NCBI GenBank assembly: GCA_937901015.1
Contig: CALCGQ010000335.1
Span: 1-62,108, forward strand
From: an uncultured Bacteroidota bacterium
Lineage (GTDB): Bacteria; Bacteroidota; Bacteroidia; Bacteroidales; F082
DNA: 62,108 nt
Direction: 5' to 3'
Shown here piece by piece: positions 10,072 to 19,821 of the stretch. Position numbers and translations under genes: made by a program. Numbering within the stretch: position 1 is the first letter of the stretch; each line of letters opens with the position of its first letter. The notes under the pieces were generated by a model. It searched no databases. It worked only from the letters and a program-made list of their open reading frames with translations, and was not told the origin of the DNA.

Positions 10072-12264
10072 TTGGAATTAAGTCACCACTTAAATAAAGG
10101 ATTATTGAAAGTAGTAAAGCTATTTGGCATTATTCTTCTATTACTAATTTCCTCTAGTAATTACGCGGATACAAAAATAGACAGCATTAAGTCTAATATC
10201 TCCAAATCGATTAACGATGAGGAGAAGATTTTGTTATTACTAGACCTCGCATCCAGTTATGTTGACGTTAACACAGATTCAGCAAAGTATTACGTCAACC
10301 TGGCTCAAATAAATCTGCTCAGCAATCCAGGCATTTATACTTCAGCCTATTATTATCATGTTAAAGGGGTTATTTATAATAAATCATTTAAAAATGATTC
10401 TGCCATTCTATTCCTAAAAACAAGCTATTCTCTTTACAATGAGATTGATAGTATTAAAGATATTGCACGTGTAAATAATCTTATCGCCACTTGTTTCAAC
10501 GATTTAATTATATATGACTCTGCAATTTATTATTATAATCTTTCATTTGCACGACTCGATAGTATTAAGCATTCCAGCTTATATGCAGCAAATCTTAATA
10601 ATATTGCTAATGTGTATGATAATTTGGGAGATAAAAAGAAGGCTCTCGATTATTATATTAGAGCACTAACTATTTTTAAAGAGTTAAATCAAGAAGTTAA
10701 TGTTGCCATCACCACAAACAACATAGGAGTAATCAACTTGGATATTGGGAACTACTACAATTCAATTAAGTATTTGGATGAAGCTGCTGAACTTAACTTG
10801 AAAAATGGTAATAATTTCAATCTATGCTTAAACTATAATTCACTAGGTTCTGCATACAAAGAATTGGCTCAATTCGACAAAGCACTACAGTACACTATTC
10901 TTGCTATGGAGATTGCCGTCAAATCTAATTTTGAGTATCTTGAAGCACAATCAAGTCATAACTTAGGAACCATATATAAGGATAATAAAGAATATGATAT
11001 GGCAATATCACATCTTCAGAAATCACTAGATATGTGTAACCAACTTGACATTACCAAAGGAGAAATTTACAACTTGATTAATCTTGGTGAGGCATATACC
11101 AATCAGAAAAAGTTTGAAATATCAGAAGAGCATCTATTGGCCGGGTTAGAGTTATGTCGCCAAACAGATTTCTCAGTTCATTATGAAGAAGTTTATGATG
11201 CTTTGATGAAAAATTATCAAGCATGGGGTAAATACAGGGAAGCATTTAATTATTATCAAAAGTATGTATCAATACGTGACAGTCTGACAAATGTACTTCG
11301 GGAAAAAGAGCTAAACGAAATCCAAACCAAGTATGAAACCGAGCAAAAGGAAATTGAGAACCAGAAACTGAAAAGCCAAAACGAACTTCAGGAGATGACA
11401 ATTTTCCGTCAGAGACTCTTAGTTATTGTAACTGTATTTGTTGCCTTGGTTGCAATTGCGCTATTAGTGATGTTATTCACAGTTAGGAAAAAACGTAAGG
11501 AACGGATTGCTTTATTACAGGCAAAAAACAAACTCATTAGAGAGAAATCAGAACAGTTAAATAGAACTATTCAAACCAAAGATCAGTTGTTTTCAATAAT
11601 CGCACACGATCTTCGGAGCCCTTTTGGGTCACTTATGGGATTCTCTGCTCTATTAACTGAGGAAGCTGAAGCGAATAATTTCGATAATACCTTACTCTAC
11701 GCACAACAACTTAACTCTGCAACTGCAAGCACATTTGAATTATTGGATAATCTATTGAATTGGTCTCGTTCACAGCAGGATAATCTCAAACCATCCATAG
11801 CGAAAATTGATTTGAATACAACTGTTAATGAAATAATTAGGGCTCTTCAGGAGAAGGTAGATGAAAAACAAATAAAATTGTTAAACCTTGTTATCGAAGA
11901 AACCATTATTTCTACTGATAAGAATATGATAATGGTTGTTATCCGCAACTTAATTAGTAATGCCATTAAATTCACCCCTAAGAAAGGGCAAATAAATGTT
12001 GGTGCTAAAAAAGATGGCGGTAACACTGTAATTTCGATTCAGGATAGTGGAGTGGGAATTGAGCCGGATATCCAGAAGAAACTATTTAGCGGTACTCCAG
12101 GATATACCACAAGAGGTACCGAAAAGGAACAAGGTTCTGGATTAGGACTTATGCTTGTGAAGGACTTTGCTGAGAGATTAGGTGGCACTGTTTGGGTTAA
12201 AAGCCAACCCGGAAAGGGCAGTACATTTAGTTTTTCAATACCCCAAAATCAGACTAACAAATAA
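10072..12264 (+). CDS. TPR-repeat sensor histidine kinase
   Basis: About 380 aa of TPR-like repeats are followed by a coiled coil, one TM helix (LLVIVTVFVALVAIALLVMLF), the H-box FSIIAHDLRSPF, the N-box LISNAIKFT and the G-boxes DSGVGI/GSGLGL. There is no ATG near the 5' end; the start is TTG 10072 or TTG 10105 (MKVVKLFGIILLL). Confidence 0.85.
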   Translation: MELSHHLNKGLLKVVKLFGIILLLLISSSNYADTKIDSIKSNISKSINDEEKILLLLDLASSYVDVNTDSAKYYVNLAQINLLSNPGIYTSAYYYHVKGVIYNKSFKNDSAILFLKTSYSLYNEIDSIKDIARVNNLIATCFNDLIIYDSAIYYYNLSFARLDSIKHSSLYAANLNNIANVYDNLGDKKKALDYYIRALTIFKELNQEVNVAITTNNIGVINLDIGNYYNSIKYLDEAAELNLKNGNNFNLCLNYNSLGSAYKELAQFDKALQYTILAMEIAVKSNFEYLEAQSSHNLGTIYKDNKEYDMAISHLQKSLDMCNQLDITKGEIYNLINLGEAYTNQKKFEISEEHLLAGLELCRQTDFSVHYEEVYDALMKNYQAWGKYREAFNYYQKYVSIRDSLTNVLREKELNEIQTKYETEQKEIENQKLKSQNELQEMTIFRQRLLVIVTVFVALVAIALLVMLFTVRKKRKERIALLQAKNKLIREKSEQLNRTIQTKDQLFSIIAHDLRSPFGSLMGFSALLTEEAEANNFDNTLLYAQQLNSATASTFELLDNLLNWSRSQQDNLKPSIAKIDLNTTVNEIIRALQEKVDEKQIKLLNLVIEETIISTDKNMIMVVIRNLISNAIKFTPKKGQINVGAKKDGGNTVISIQDSGVGIEPDIQKKLFSGTPGYTTRGTEKEQGSGLGLMLVKDFAERLGGTVWVKSQPGKGSTFSFSIPQNQTNK

Positions 12265-13201
12265 TAACTTTTACAGCTAGAGGAAGTAAGGTAAAATTCA
12301 ATGGAGAATTTCCAAGTGATTCGCCATCAGTTTCAAGAAATACTGATTTCTGTGGTACGGCATTGATTTTAAACTCTTTACCTGTAAATGTTTCCACTTC
12401 TTTAATTTTAATAAAAGACCCATCATACAGGTTTTTAATATTCCTGATAACTTTCAGCCTTGATACTTTTCTAATGACCGTAACATCAAAAAGTCCGTCA
12501 TTGGAAATTGCAAATGGTAGCTGCATCATCCCACCGCCGTTGTATTTACATATGCCAATGCTCATTGTGAAAACCTTACCGGCAAAAATTTGCTCGCCAT
12601 TCCGATCTATCTCAATATAATTGTAATCGAATTGAAACAACCCTGTAATTAAACTCACCATGTAAGTAATTATTCCACTTGCACCTTTCTGTTTGGCAAT
12701 ATTTGACTTTTTAGCAACCAATGCATCAAAACCCATTCCGGCAATATTCATGAAATAATGAACTTTATCTTCATCATGATGGAGATAAGTTACTTTACCA
12801 ACATCCTGCAAAAAAGTTTTATTCCTTTTAATGACCTCAATCTGCTCTTTATAATCAGATGGCATACCATACATTCGTCCCCAATCATTTCCGGTTCCAA
12901 CTGAAATAAGACCAACTGAAATATCGGTAGGTATAACTTTATCTTGCCTAAAAATGCCATTAATAACCTCATTCAAGGTACCGTCACCACCCACAACAAT
13001 TACCTTACGATAACCATTAACTTCAATGGCAGTTTTTGTAAGGTCTGTTGCATGGTATTGATATTCCGTAAAAATACAATCAAAGGAAAAACCATTATCG
13101 GTTAGTAAATTTCGAATCTTTGGCCAGTCTTCCTGGGTTTTCTTACTTCCTGCGTGAGGATTAACTATAACGTACCAGTTGTTATTTGAATCAGTAATCA
13201 A
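12254..13201 (-). CDS. diacylglycerol-kinase-family lipid kinase (YegS/BmrU-like)
   Basis: WYVIVNPHAGS and VIVVGGDGTLNEVING are the DAGK catalytic-domain motifs. The start is TTG. The 3' end overlaps the convergent kinase gene by 11 nt. Confidence 0.85.
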   Translation of the reverse strand: MITDSNNNWYVIVNPHAGSKKTQEDWPKIRNLLTDNGFSFDCIFTEYQYHATDLTKTAIEVNGYRKVIVVGGDGTLNEVINGIFRQDKVIPTDISVGLISVGTGNDWGRMYGMPSDYKEQIEVIKRNKTFLQDVGKVTYLHHDEDKVHYFMNIAGMGFDALVAKKSNIAKQKGASGIITYMVSLITGLFQFDYNYIEIDRNGEQIFAGKVFTMSIGICKYNGGGMMQLPFAISNDGLFDVTVIRKVSRLKVIRNIKNLYDGSFIKIKEVETFTGKEFKINAVPQKSVFLETDGESLGNSPLNFTLLPLAVKVIIC

Positions 13202-13259
13202 TTATAAATTATTGTTGGTGGTTATCAAAAGTAGTTAATTTTAATTGATGTATTTGAGA

Positions 13260-14018
13260 TTACCTACTTCTCTTATGTAAGTTTATTAACTTACTGTATT
13301 TCATCTGTGTTGTAAATGCCGACATATAACAAATTCTTAAACCCACAGAACCATCCAAGAAACCTAAATAGAAGAAATAATCTCTAATAAATCTGATAAT
13401 AGGAGAAAACATAAGACTAAAAATGGATCCCTTTTTTCCTTTATCAAAATAAGATTGAGCTGCTATATCCGAAAATCTACGAGCCTGCTTATAATGCTCT
13501 TCAACAGTATAATATGAATAATGTAATATATCTCCTTTAATGTGAATTACCGGTTTTTTATCGTTTAGGAAAAACTCATCATGAGGATTTATTCCACCCC
13601 AATTACCAAGTTCTCGGTTAAACAACCGTAGCTTTCTATCAGGATACCAACCGCAGTGATGAACCCATGTACCACAATAATTTGTTAGTCTGTTCATTGA
13701 ATATCCTGATGCTGAAAATCCATTTTTAACTTTCAAAATACTGCTTATTAACTCATGGGATAGTGCTTCATCTGCATCCAATGAAAGTACAAAATCATGA
13801 CTTGCAAACTTTAGGGCATCGTTCTTTTGTTCAATATAACCGAGGAATTCCTGCTCAATAAAAACCACATCAAACTCTGAACATATCTGTTTTGTACCAT
13901 CGGTTGAAATGGAATCAACAACAACAATTTCATCAGCAACAGAGTCAACCGACTCCAAACATCGGCGTATATTCCGTTCCTCATTATAAGTGATTATTAC
14001 AACAGATAGTTTTTCCAT
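13260..14018 (-). CDS. family 2 glycosyltransferase
   Basis: MEKLSVVIITYNEERNIRRCLES plus SLDADE (a DxD-type motif) are typical of GT2. Confidence 0.85.
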   Translation of the reverse strand: MEKLSVVIITYNEERNIRRCLESVDSVADEIVVVDSISTDGTKQICSEFDVVFIEQEFLGYIEQKNDALKFASHDFVLSLDADEALSHELISSILKVKNGFSASGYSMNRLTNYCGTWVHHCGWYPDRKLRLFNRELGNWGGINPHDEFFLNDKKPVIHIKGDILHYSYYTVEEHYKQARRFSDIAAQSYFDKGKKGSIFSLMFSPIIRFIRDYFFYLGFLDGSVGLRICYMSAFTTQMKYSKLINLHKRSR

Positions 14019-14128
14019 ACAAAGTTCAAAGATATGGGAATTTTGAAAGTGATGCCATTTTTAATAATCAAGAAATATCTCCTCTGAACTTTTCTTTAAC
14101 TATTTTAGCCAGTTCAATTTTGAAATAA

Positions 14129-15169
14129 ATGCACCTACACGAAATACTCATATTCAGTGGTTTTCTGGTTTTTATAATAACCATGTTGTTTATTGACATT
14201 GGAATTTTTAATAAAGAGGCCAAAGAAATGGGGTTTAAAAGTGCACTCTATTGGACAATTGGATGGGTTTCTCTTTCACTTATTTTCTGGGGAGTGCTAT
14301 ATCTATTTGGTGATCATATACATGGTATTGACAATATTGAGAAGTTGAAACAAGTAATTGCTCAGTATAACCATCCAATTAATATAGAAACCGATGATTA
14401 CGAGTATTTATTAAGTAAATATCGTCAAAATCTAGGACTAGAATATATCACAGGTTACCTCATTGAATATGCACTAAGTATAGATAATATATTTGTCATT
14501 CTAATGATTTTTTATTCCTTTGGACTGGAGAAGAAATATTATCACAAGGTTCTATTTTGGGGGATTCTTGGAGCTATCATCATGAGATTCCTATTTATAT
14601 TTGTAAGTTCAGCATTAATTCAAGAGTTTTCATGGGTTCTTTACGGTTTTGGGTTATTGTTAGTATTTACCGGTATTAAGATGTTTCTTGAAAGAAATCA
14701 TGACGAAAAATTTGACACCGGAGATCATAAAATTGTTCGTCTAGCATCGAAACTATTTAGAGTTGATAATGATTATGATGGGCCTGCATTTATAACAAGA
14801 AAAAACGGTAAAATACATATTACCACTTTGTTCGTTATATTACTGGTTATCGAATTTACTGATGTAATATTTGCTGTTGATTCAGTTCCGGCCATATTTT
14901 CGATTACACAGGACCCATATATCGTATACTTCTCAAACATATTTGCGATTATTGGACTGAGGTCATTGTTTTTCCTTATTCAAAACATTATTGAAAAATT
15001 TAGATTCCTAAAAATTGGGTTATCGGTATTATTGGTTTTCATAGGTGTAAAAATGCTAATACATGGTTACTATCAAATACCAACAATGTACTCATTATTA
15101 ATTGTTTTGGGGATTCTCCTGGTGAGCATATTCCTATCGATGATAATCCCCAGGAAAACATTAAACTAA
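14129..15169 (+). CDS. TerC-family integral membrane protein
   Basis: The TerC signature YLIEYALSIDNIFV is present, with a second half-repeat EFTDVIFAVDSVPAIF. There are about nine TM helices. Confidence 0.85.
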   Translation: MHLHEILIFSGFLVFIITMLFIDIGIFNKEAKEMGFKSALYWTIGWVSLSLIFWGVLYLFGDHIHGIDNIEKLKQVIAQYNHPINIETDDYEYLLSKYRQNLGLEYITGYLIEYALSIDNIFVILMIFYSFGLEKKYYHKVLFWGILGAIIMRFLFIFVSSALIQEFSWVLYGFGLLLVFTGIKMFLERNHDEKFDTGDHKIVRLASKLFRVDNDYDGPAFITRKNGKIHITTLFVILLVIEFTDVIFAVDSVPAIFSITQDPYIVYFSNIFAIIGLRSLFFLIQNIIEKFRFLKIGLSVLLVFIGVKMLIHGYYQIPTMYSLLIVLGILLVSIFLSMIIPRKTLN

Positions 15170-15217
15170 CGAATTGTGATTGGTGACCATTCAAGCAGAA
15201 AATAGCAAACACATTCT

Positions 15218-15225
15218 TATCTTTG
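15218..15225 (+). promoter_or_regulatory. candidate -7 box for pfkA
   Basis: TATCTTTG lies 37 nt upstream of ATG 15263. Confidence 0.45.
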
Positions 15226-15262
15226 CAAGAAATACTCAGAAGTACTAATTAATGATTATAAT

Positions 15263-16357
15263 ATGAAACGACTATTGGTTGCAACCGGTGGCGGTGATTG
15301 TCCGGGATTAAATGCTGTAATAAGAGCTATTGTTCATAGAGCCTCTAAGGAAAAAGAATGGCAGGTTCTTGGAAGCATTCAAGCATTTAATGGAGTTCTT
15401 TGGGAACCACAAGAAATTGTTGAGCTGGATAATAAAACTGTCGCAGGAATTCATTTCCAGGGTGGTACCATATTGGAAACAACCAATAAAGGAGGCCCTT
15501 TTGCATGGCCTGTTAAGAACCATCAGGGAATCTGGTCGACGGATGACCGCTCTGATGAAATGATCAGACGGCTTAGGCATATGAACATTGATGCGGTTAT
15601 TAATATTGGTGGTGATGGCTCCCAATCCATATCTCAAAGATTATATGAAAAAGGGTTAAATATTATTGGTGTCCCGAAAACCATTGACAATGATCTTAGC
15701 AGTACCGATTCTACTTTCGGATTTCAAACAGCTGTTCAGATTGCCACAGAAGCTGTGGATAAACTTGTAACAACTGCAGCAAGTCATAATAGGGTTTTTG
15801 TACTTGAGGTTATGGGAAGAGATGCCGGATGGATTGCTCTTCATGCAGCAATTGCTGGTGGAGCAGAGGTTTGCTTAATACCTGAAATCCCATACGATAT
15901 CAACAAAGTAAAAGAAGTTCTGGAGAAAAGGTTTCATCATGGGCGTGGATTTGCAGTTGTTGTAATATCCGAAGGAGCTTACCCTGAAAATGGCAAGGTG
16001 ACTGGTCGTGAAATGGGTGAAGCGGGCTATGAACACATAAAACTCGGTGGAGTTTCAACACAATTTATAAAGCAACTTAAAGAAGCTGGTTTCAAACCTG
16101 ATATGAGAGAGACTATACTAGGCCATTTACAAAGGGGAGGAATACCAATTGCATACGATAGAGTATTATCTGCTCAAATGGGTGTGAAAGCAATGGAAAT
16201 GGCAATAGATGGAGAGTTTGGTAAGATGGTAGCCTATCGTCATCCTGAGCTGGTAGGAGTTGATATTAAGGATGCCATTACAGTTCCAAATCTGGTTAAA
16301 AAAGACAGTCAGTTAATTGAAACAGCAGAAGGTTTAGGTATTTGTCTGGGTTACTAA
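15263..16357 (+). CDS. pfkA: 6-phosphofructokinase
   Basis: TGGGDCPGLNAVIR, IGGDGS, PKTIDNDL and EVMGRDAGWIAL are present. Confidence 0.9.
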   Translation: MKRLLVATGGGDCPGLNAVIRAIVHRASKEKEWQVLGSIQAFNGVLWEPQEIVELDNKTVAGIHFQGGTILETTNKGGPFAWPVKNHQGIWSTDDRSDEMIRRLRHMNIDAVINIGGDGSQSISQRLYEKGLNIIGVPKTIDNDLSSTDSTFGFQTAVQIATEAVDKLVTTAASHNRVFVLEVMGRDAGWIALHAAIAGGAEVCLIPEIPYDINKVKEVLEKRFHHGRGFAVVVISEGAYPENGKVTGREMGEAGYEHIKLGGVSTQFIKQLKEAGFKPDMRETILGHLQRGGIPIAYDRVLSAQMGVKAMEMAIDGEFGKMVAYRHPELVGVDIKDAITVPNLVKKDSQLIETAEGLGICLGY

Positions 16358-16389
16358 GAAACTGTCCAAAATTTGGTCTGTTTTTAGAG

Positions 16390-17898
16390 TTACCAGTTTA
16401 TTTCATGTATGGTGAAATTGGTTGCCTTATATGATTCTACAACCTGATTTCTTGAAATTTCAGCTTCCTTTTTTGTTTTAAAACCATTGGAAGTTCTATA
16501 TCCACGATCTGTATCTCCCCAGTTAGGTACAGTATTTACTAAAATCTCATTAAACTTATGGTTTAGTTCATACCTTTTATTTTGCAAATGAATATTACTC
16601 ACATACATATGATATGCATTATTATTTCCTCCTGATGGATCACAGTAACAAGATGAAAATACATAATAATAGTAGGGCCCTATTTTTGTACTTGGATTTG
16701 GTGAATTAATAAATATATTATTACCTATTTCAATATCTGGTGGATCAGTAGTATTGATATAAATATCACCAATAAAATCATAACAAATTGTTAATCCTGC
16801 AATGAGTATATCAAGATCTCCATCCTTATCATAATCGCCAAATATTGCATTCCCTTCCGCTACACCAGGTAATCCTGCCATAATATTCTCAAGATCAAAC
16901 CCTCGATTATTTTCATAGATGATTGAATACGACCTCTCTAACGACTCACCAGTCATTACAACGTCAAGATCTCCATCACTATCATAATCACCCAGATCAA
17001 TGCTACAATTTCTAAGTGGACGAATTGATACAGGCTCCTCTCTAAAGAAACTACCCTTTTGATTACTGTATATCATACAAACTGGATATCCATCAACATC
17101 TTCACCGCTTATTATAAAATCTAAATATTGATCACCATCCAAGTCACCCCATGCTCCGGCACTATTCTTAAGTGGAATAAATTCTTGAACAACTCTATTA
17201 TACTTACTATTAGTGTTATTATAAACTGCAGTTATTGGTCTTGTACCGGTATTTCCAGTTATTAAAATATCAAGGTCTTTATCATTATCATAATCGCCCC
17301 AAGTAGCATTACCATTATAAACTCCTGGTATATTAGGAATAGTCTGACTAAATATTCCTTTATCATTACGATAAATACTAATTAGTATTTGATTGTTAAA
17401 TTGTTTTCCAGTAACAAGGATGTCTAAATCCTCATCATTATCAAAATCACCCCACTCCACAGAGCCGTCAGTTACAGGAATAAACATTTCTTTAATTGCA
17501 GTGAAACGAGACGGTCCATCATTTCGGTACAACCTCATAATCATTTGATCTCCCTCCGTAAGTCCGGTAAGAATTATATCTTCATCTCCATCATCATCAT
17601 AATCAGCCGCTGCAATATCTCCTCTGTACAAAGGTGGAAGAAGGCTGGTTATTTTCTTAAACTTACTCTTGGAATAATGGGTATTTATTTGAGAAATAAC
17701 ATAATGAGCATCATCACGATAATAATCTCCGGCAAGAAAAGCTTTCATAGGTACTTCTTCACCATAGTCAATCCATGTCATGACCGGCTGCATTACTCCT
17801 ACAAAATTGGTTTGAGCCTTATCGAAAAGCTGCGCCCAGATACTACTTTGAATAAGTAAGATGATTAGTACCACATAGGTAATTCTCCACATAATCAA
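16390..17898 (-). CDS. secreted FG-GAP/VCBS-repeat beta-propeller protein with an unassigned ~120-aa C-terminal domain
   Basis: Signal peptide ...SSIWA|Q. Six or seven repeats carry the Ca-binding loop xGDxDxDGDLDIxxxG (WGDFDNDEDLDILVTG, WGDYDNDKDLDILITG, LGDYDSDGDLDVVMTG and others). The tail from about aa 385 (…YYYVFSSCYCDPSGG…FTIHEINW) has no T9SS CTD. Confidence 0.8.
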   Translation of the reverse strand: MIMWRITYVVLIILLIQSSIWAQLFDKAQTNFVGVMQPVMTWIDYGEEVPMKAFLAGDYYRDDAHYVISQINTHYSKSKFKKITSLLPPLYRGDIAAADYDDDGDEDIILTGLTEGDQMIMRLYRNDGPSRFTAIKEMFIPVTDGSVEWGDFDNDEDLDILVTGKQFNNQILISIYRNDKGIFSQTIPNIPGVYNGNATWGDYDNDKDLDILITGNTGTRPITAVYNNTNSKYNRVVQEFIPLKNSAGAWGDLDGDQYLDFIISGEDVDGYPVCMIYSNQKGSFFREEPVSIRPLRNCSIDLGDYDSDGDLDVVMTGESLERSYSIIYENNRGFDLENIMAGLPGVAEGNAIFGDYDKDGDLDILIAGLTICYDFIGDIYINTTDPPDIEIGNNIFINSPNPSTKIGPYYYYVFSSCYCDPSGGNNNAYHMYVSNIHLQNKRYELNHKFNEILVNTVPNWGDTDRGYRTSNGFKTKKEAEISRNQVVESYKATNFTIHEINW

Positions 17899-17983
17899 TA
17901 TCGATTGTTTGAGCTTAAAAATAAGAACTATTTATAAACTATAAGTAGATGGATTCAGACATTTATAAAAATGATACAAACAA

Positions 17984-18394
17984 TTATAAATGCTTATAAA
18001 TCATATCATGAAGTTTTGAAGAGGTGATTGGTTTCATTAATATATCATCATATGCCTCTTTGATATTATCAAATTCTTTTCCATAAGTATATGATGTCTG
18101 TGAAATAACTGGTAACTCCTTCCGCTTTCTCTTAATAGCCTTAGTGGTTTCATAGCCGTTGATTCCTGGCATATTATAATCCATAATAATTAGATCTATC
18201 TTTCTACCTGAATCAATAATATCTAAAGCTTTATATCCATCTTCCGCCCAGAGAACTGTTGCTCCTGATTTCTTAAGAAGTGCCTTAATTAATAGATAAT
18301 TAATTTGGATATCATCAACAACCAGTACAACAGTATTGTTTAAATCTGTACCATACTTGGTATTCGTTTCTTGAACAAATTTTAAAGCTTCCAT
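17984..18394 (-). CDS. stand-alone response-regulator receiver domain (CheY-like)
   Basis: The acidic pocket is VLVVDD, the phospho-acceptor context is DLIIMDYNMPGINGYE, and the conserved K is in LMKPI. There is no output domain. Confidence 0.85.
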   Translation of the reverse strand: MEALKFVQETNTKYGTDLNNTVVLVVDDIQINYLLIKALLKKSGATVLWAEDGYKALDIIDSGRKIDLIIMDYNMPGINGYETTKAIKRKRKELPVISQTSYTYGKEFDNIKEAYDDILMKPITSSKLHDMIYKHL

Positions 18395-18498
18395 AATATC
18401 CTGCTTTAGTGAACATATTTCAAGGCCAGTATCATGCCAAATCTATAATATGCTGTATATGGGAGTTTTATAAAAATATCAAATCATGAAAATGCTAC

Positions 18499-18529
18499 TA
18501 TTTTGGGAATAATGTCTTATTTTGGGAAT
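18499..18529. repeat. 12-bp direct repeat TATTTTGGGAAT x2 (19-bp period)
   Basis: Copies are at 18499-18510 and 18518-18529, in the 153-bp spacer upstream of the stand-alone response regulator. Confidence 0.7.
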
Positions 18530-18547
18530 TTTACCAGTAACGATTTG

Positions 18548-19813
18548 CTAGTTTAGAAACCTATAGCCAAGTTGAAAATAAAATCTACTCATACTTGAAT
18601 CAATATCAGGATCACCAGAAACACCACCACCTATCTCGTATCTAATCATTCCAGATAGTTTCTTGCCATGAATTCCAATCCCAAAGAGCATACTCAATTC
18701 ATATTTCTTCAAGCTGCTGATTGCCTTACCTTCTTCATAATATTCCTTCATGCCAACATAGGTAGTTTCCTTCATGGTATTTTCACTTGCAAAAGCAAAA
18801 CCATTTATAACTCCTATATCCAGGAATATACTTGAGTAGTTAATTGAAAAATTAGCCCTAAACATATTCGCAAGTTTCACATAAGTTGACCCTATATGTG
18901 TTTGAGTGGAACGACGACTATTACTATTAATAAGCTCGTCATATGTAGCCTTTACGCCATAGGAAACAACCAACAACTCATTATTTAACGACCATCTATT
19001 GCCAAAAGTTTTTGGGAAGAAAAGGTCAGCTGATACGCCAGCAGTTACCATTGGCACCCATGGATATTGAACTGCAGTAAGATAATCCACCCCAACGCCA
19101 CTAAAGGAAACCTTTGTAATGGTTAGCCCAGCTAGGGCCGCTAACTTTAGATCTATTAGTGGATCTTCTTTAACAACCTCAGCATCAGAATTTGAACAAT
19201 CATAGTAATACTTAAATGCTTTTTTCAAACTACTAAGGTTATAACTAGTATTTGATATAACCTGATTAATACTTGGGCATCCTACAAAGTAAATTATAAG
19301 TTGTCCGATATAGTTATTGTTATACGCTATTCTGCTTTTCTCGTTTTCTGTAATTTGGTACCTCTTATGGACCAGCCAGTCGAATGTTCCTCCATTGTTT
19401 ATGTAGAAACTATTCTTACCATACTCATCAACAAATAACAACAATTCTCTCTCTCCAGATATTACCACTTGTAAGAAAACAGTATCTGAAATATATGATA
19501 ATTGTGCCGATTTAGACAGATTAGAAGTTTGATTTGAACTTTGCTCAACCTTTACAATTGCACTTTTGTATTTCTCTGTACCAATTCCAAATTCTTTTAT
19601 GGTATGAGGAGAATAGATTATCTCATCACTTGCTCCAGGTGGCATAAAGATTAATTCAATGGGATTACTTATGCTATTTTCAAACCTTAAAGATCCTTCA
19701 ATGGTATCATTTTGGAGTGTGACAATATAACCGGGTATATTATCATTGCCACCAAACGAGGCTAAAACCCCAATGAAGACCGAAAAAATGAAAACTAAAA
19801 TAATCCTTACCAT
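18548..19813 (-). CDS. hypothetical outer-membrane protein (soluble N-terminal half plus beta-barrel-like C-terminal half)
   Basis: Signal peptide MVRIILVFIFSVFIGVLASFG. The C-terminal ~200 aa show an alternating hydrophobic pattern with aromatic-rich strand ends (…RFYFQLGYRFLN). The start is 8 nt after the DPP4 stop. Confidence 0.65.
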   Translation of the reverse strand: MVRIILVFIFSVFIGVLASFGGNDNIPGYIVTLQNDTIEGSLRFENSISNPIELIFMPPGASDEIIYSPHTIKEFGIGTEKYKSAIVKVEQSSNQTSNLSKSAQLSYISDTVFLQVVISGERELLLFVDEYGKNSFYINNGGTFDWLVHKRYQITENEKSRIAYNNNYIGQLIIYFVGCPSINQVISNTSYNLSSLKKAFKYYYDCSNSDAEVVKEDPLIDLKLAALAGLTITKVSFSGVGVDYLTAVQYPWVPMVTAGVSADLFFPKTFGNRWSLNNELLVVSYGVKATYDELINSNSRRSTQTHIGSTYVKLANMFRANFSINYSSIFLDIGVINGFAFASENTMKETTYVGMKEYYEEGKAISSLKKYELSMLFGIGIHGKKLSGMIRYEIGGGVSGDPDIDSSMSRFYFQLGYRFLN

Positions 19814-19821
19814 GAAACTCT

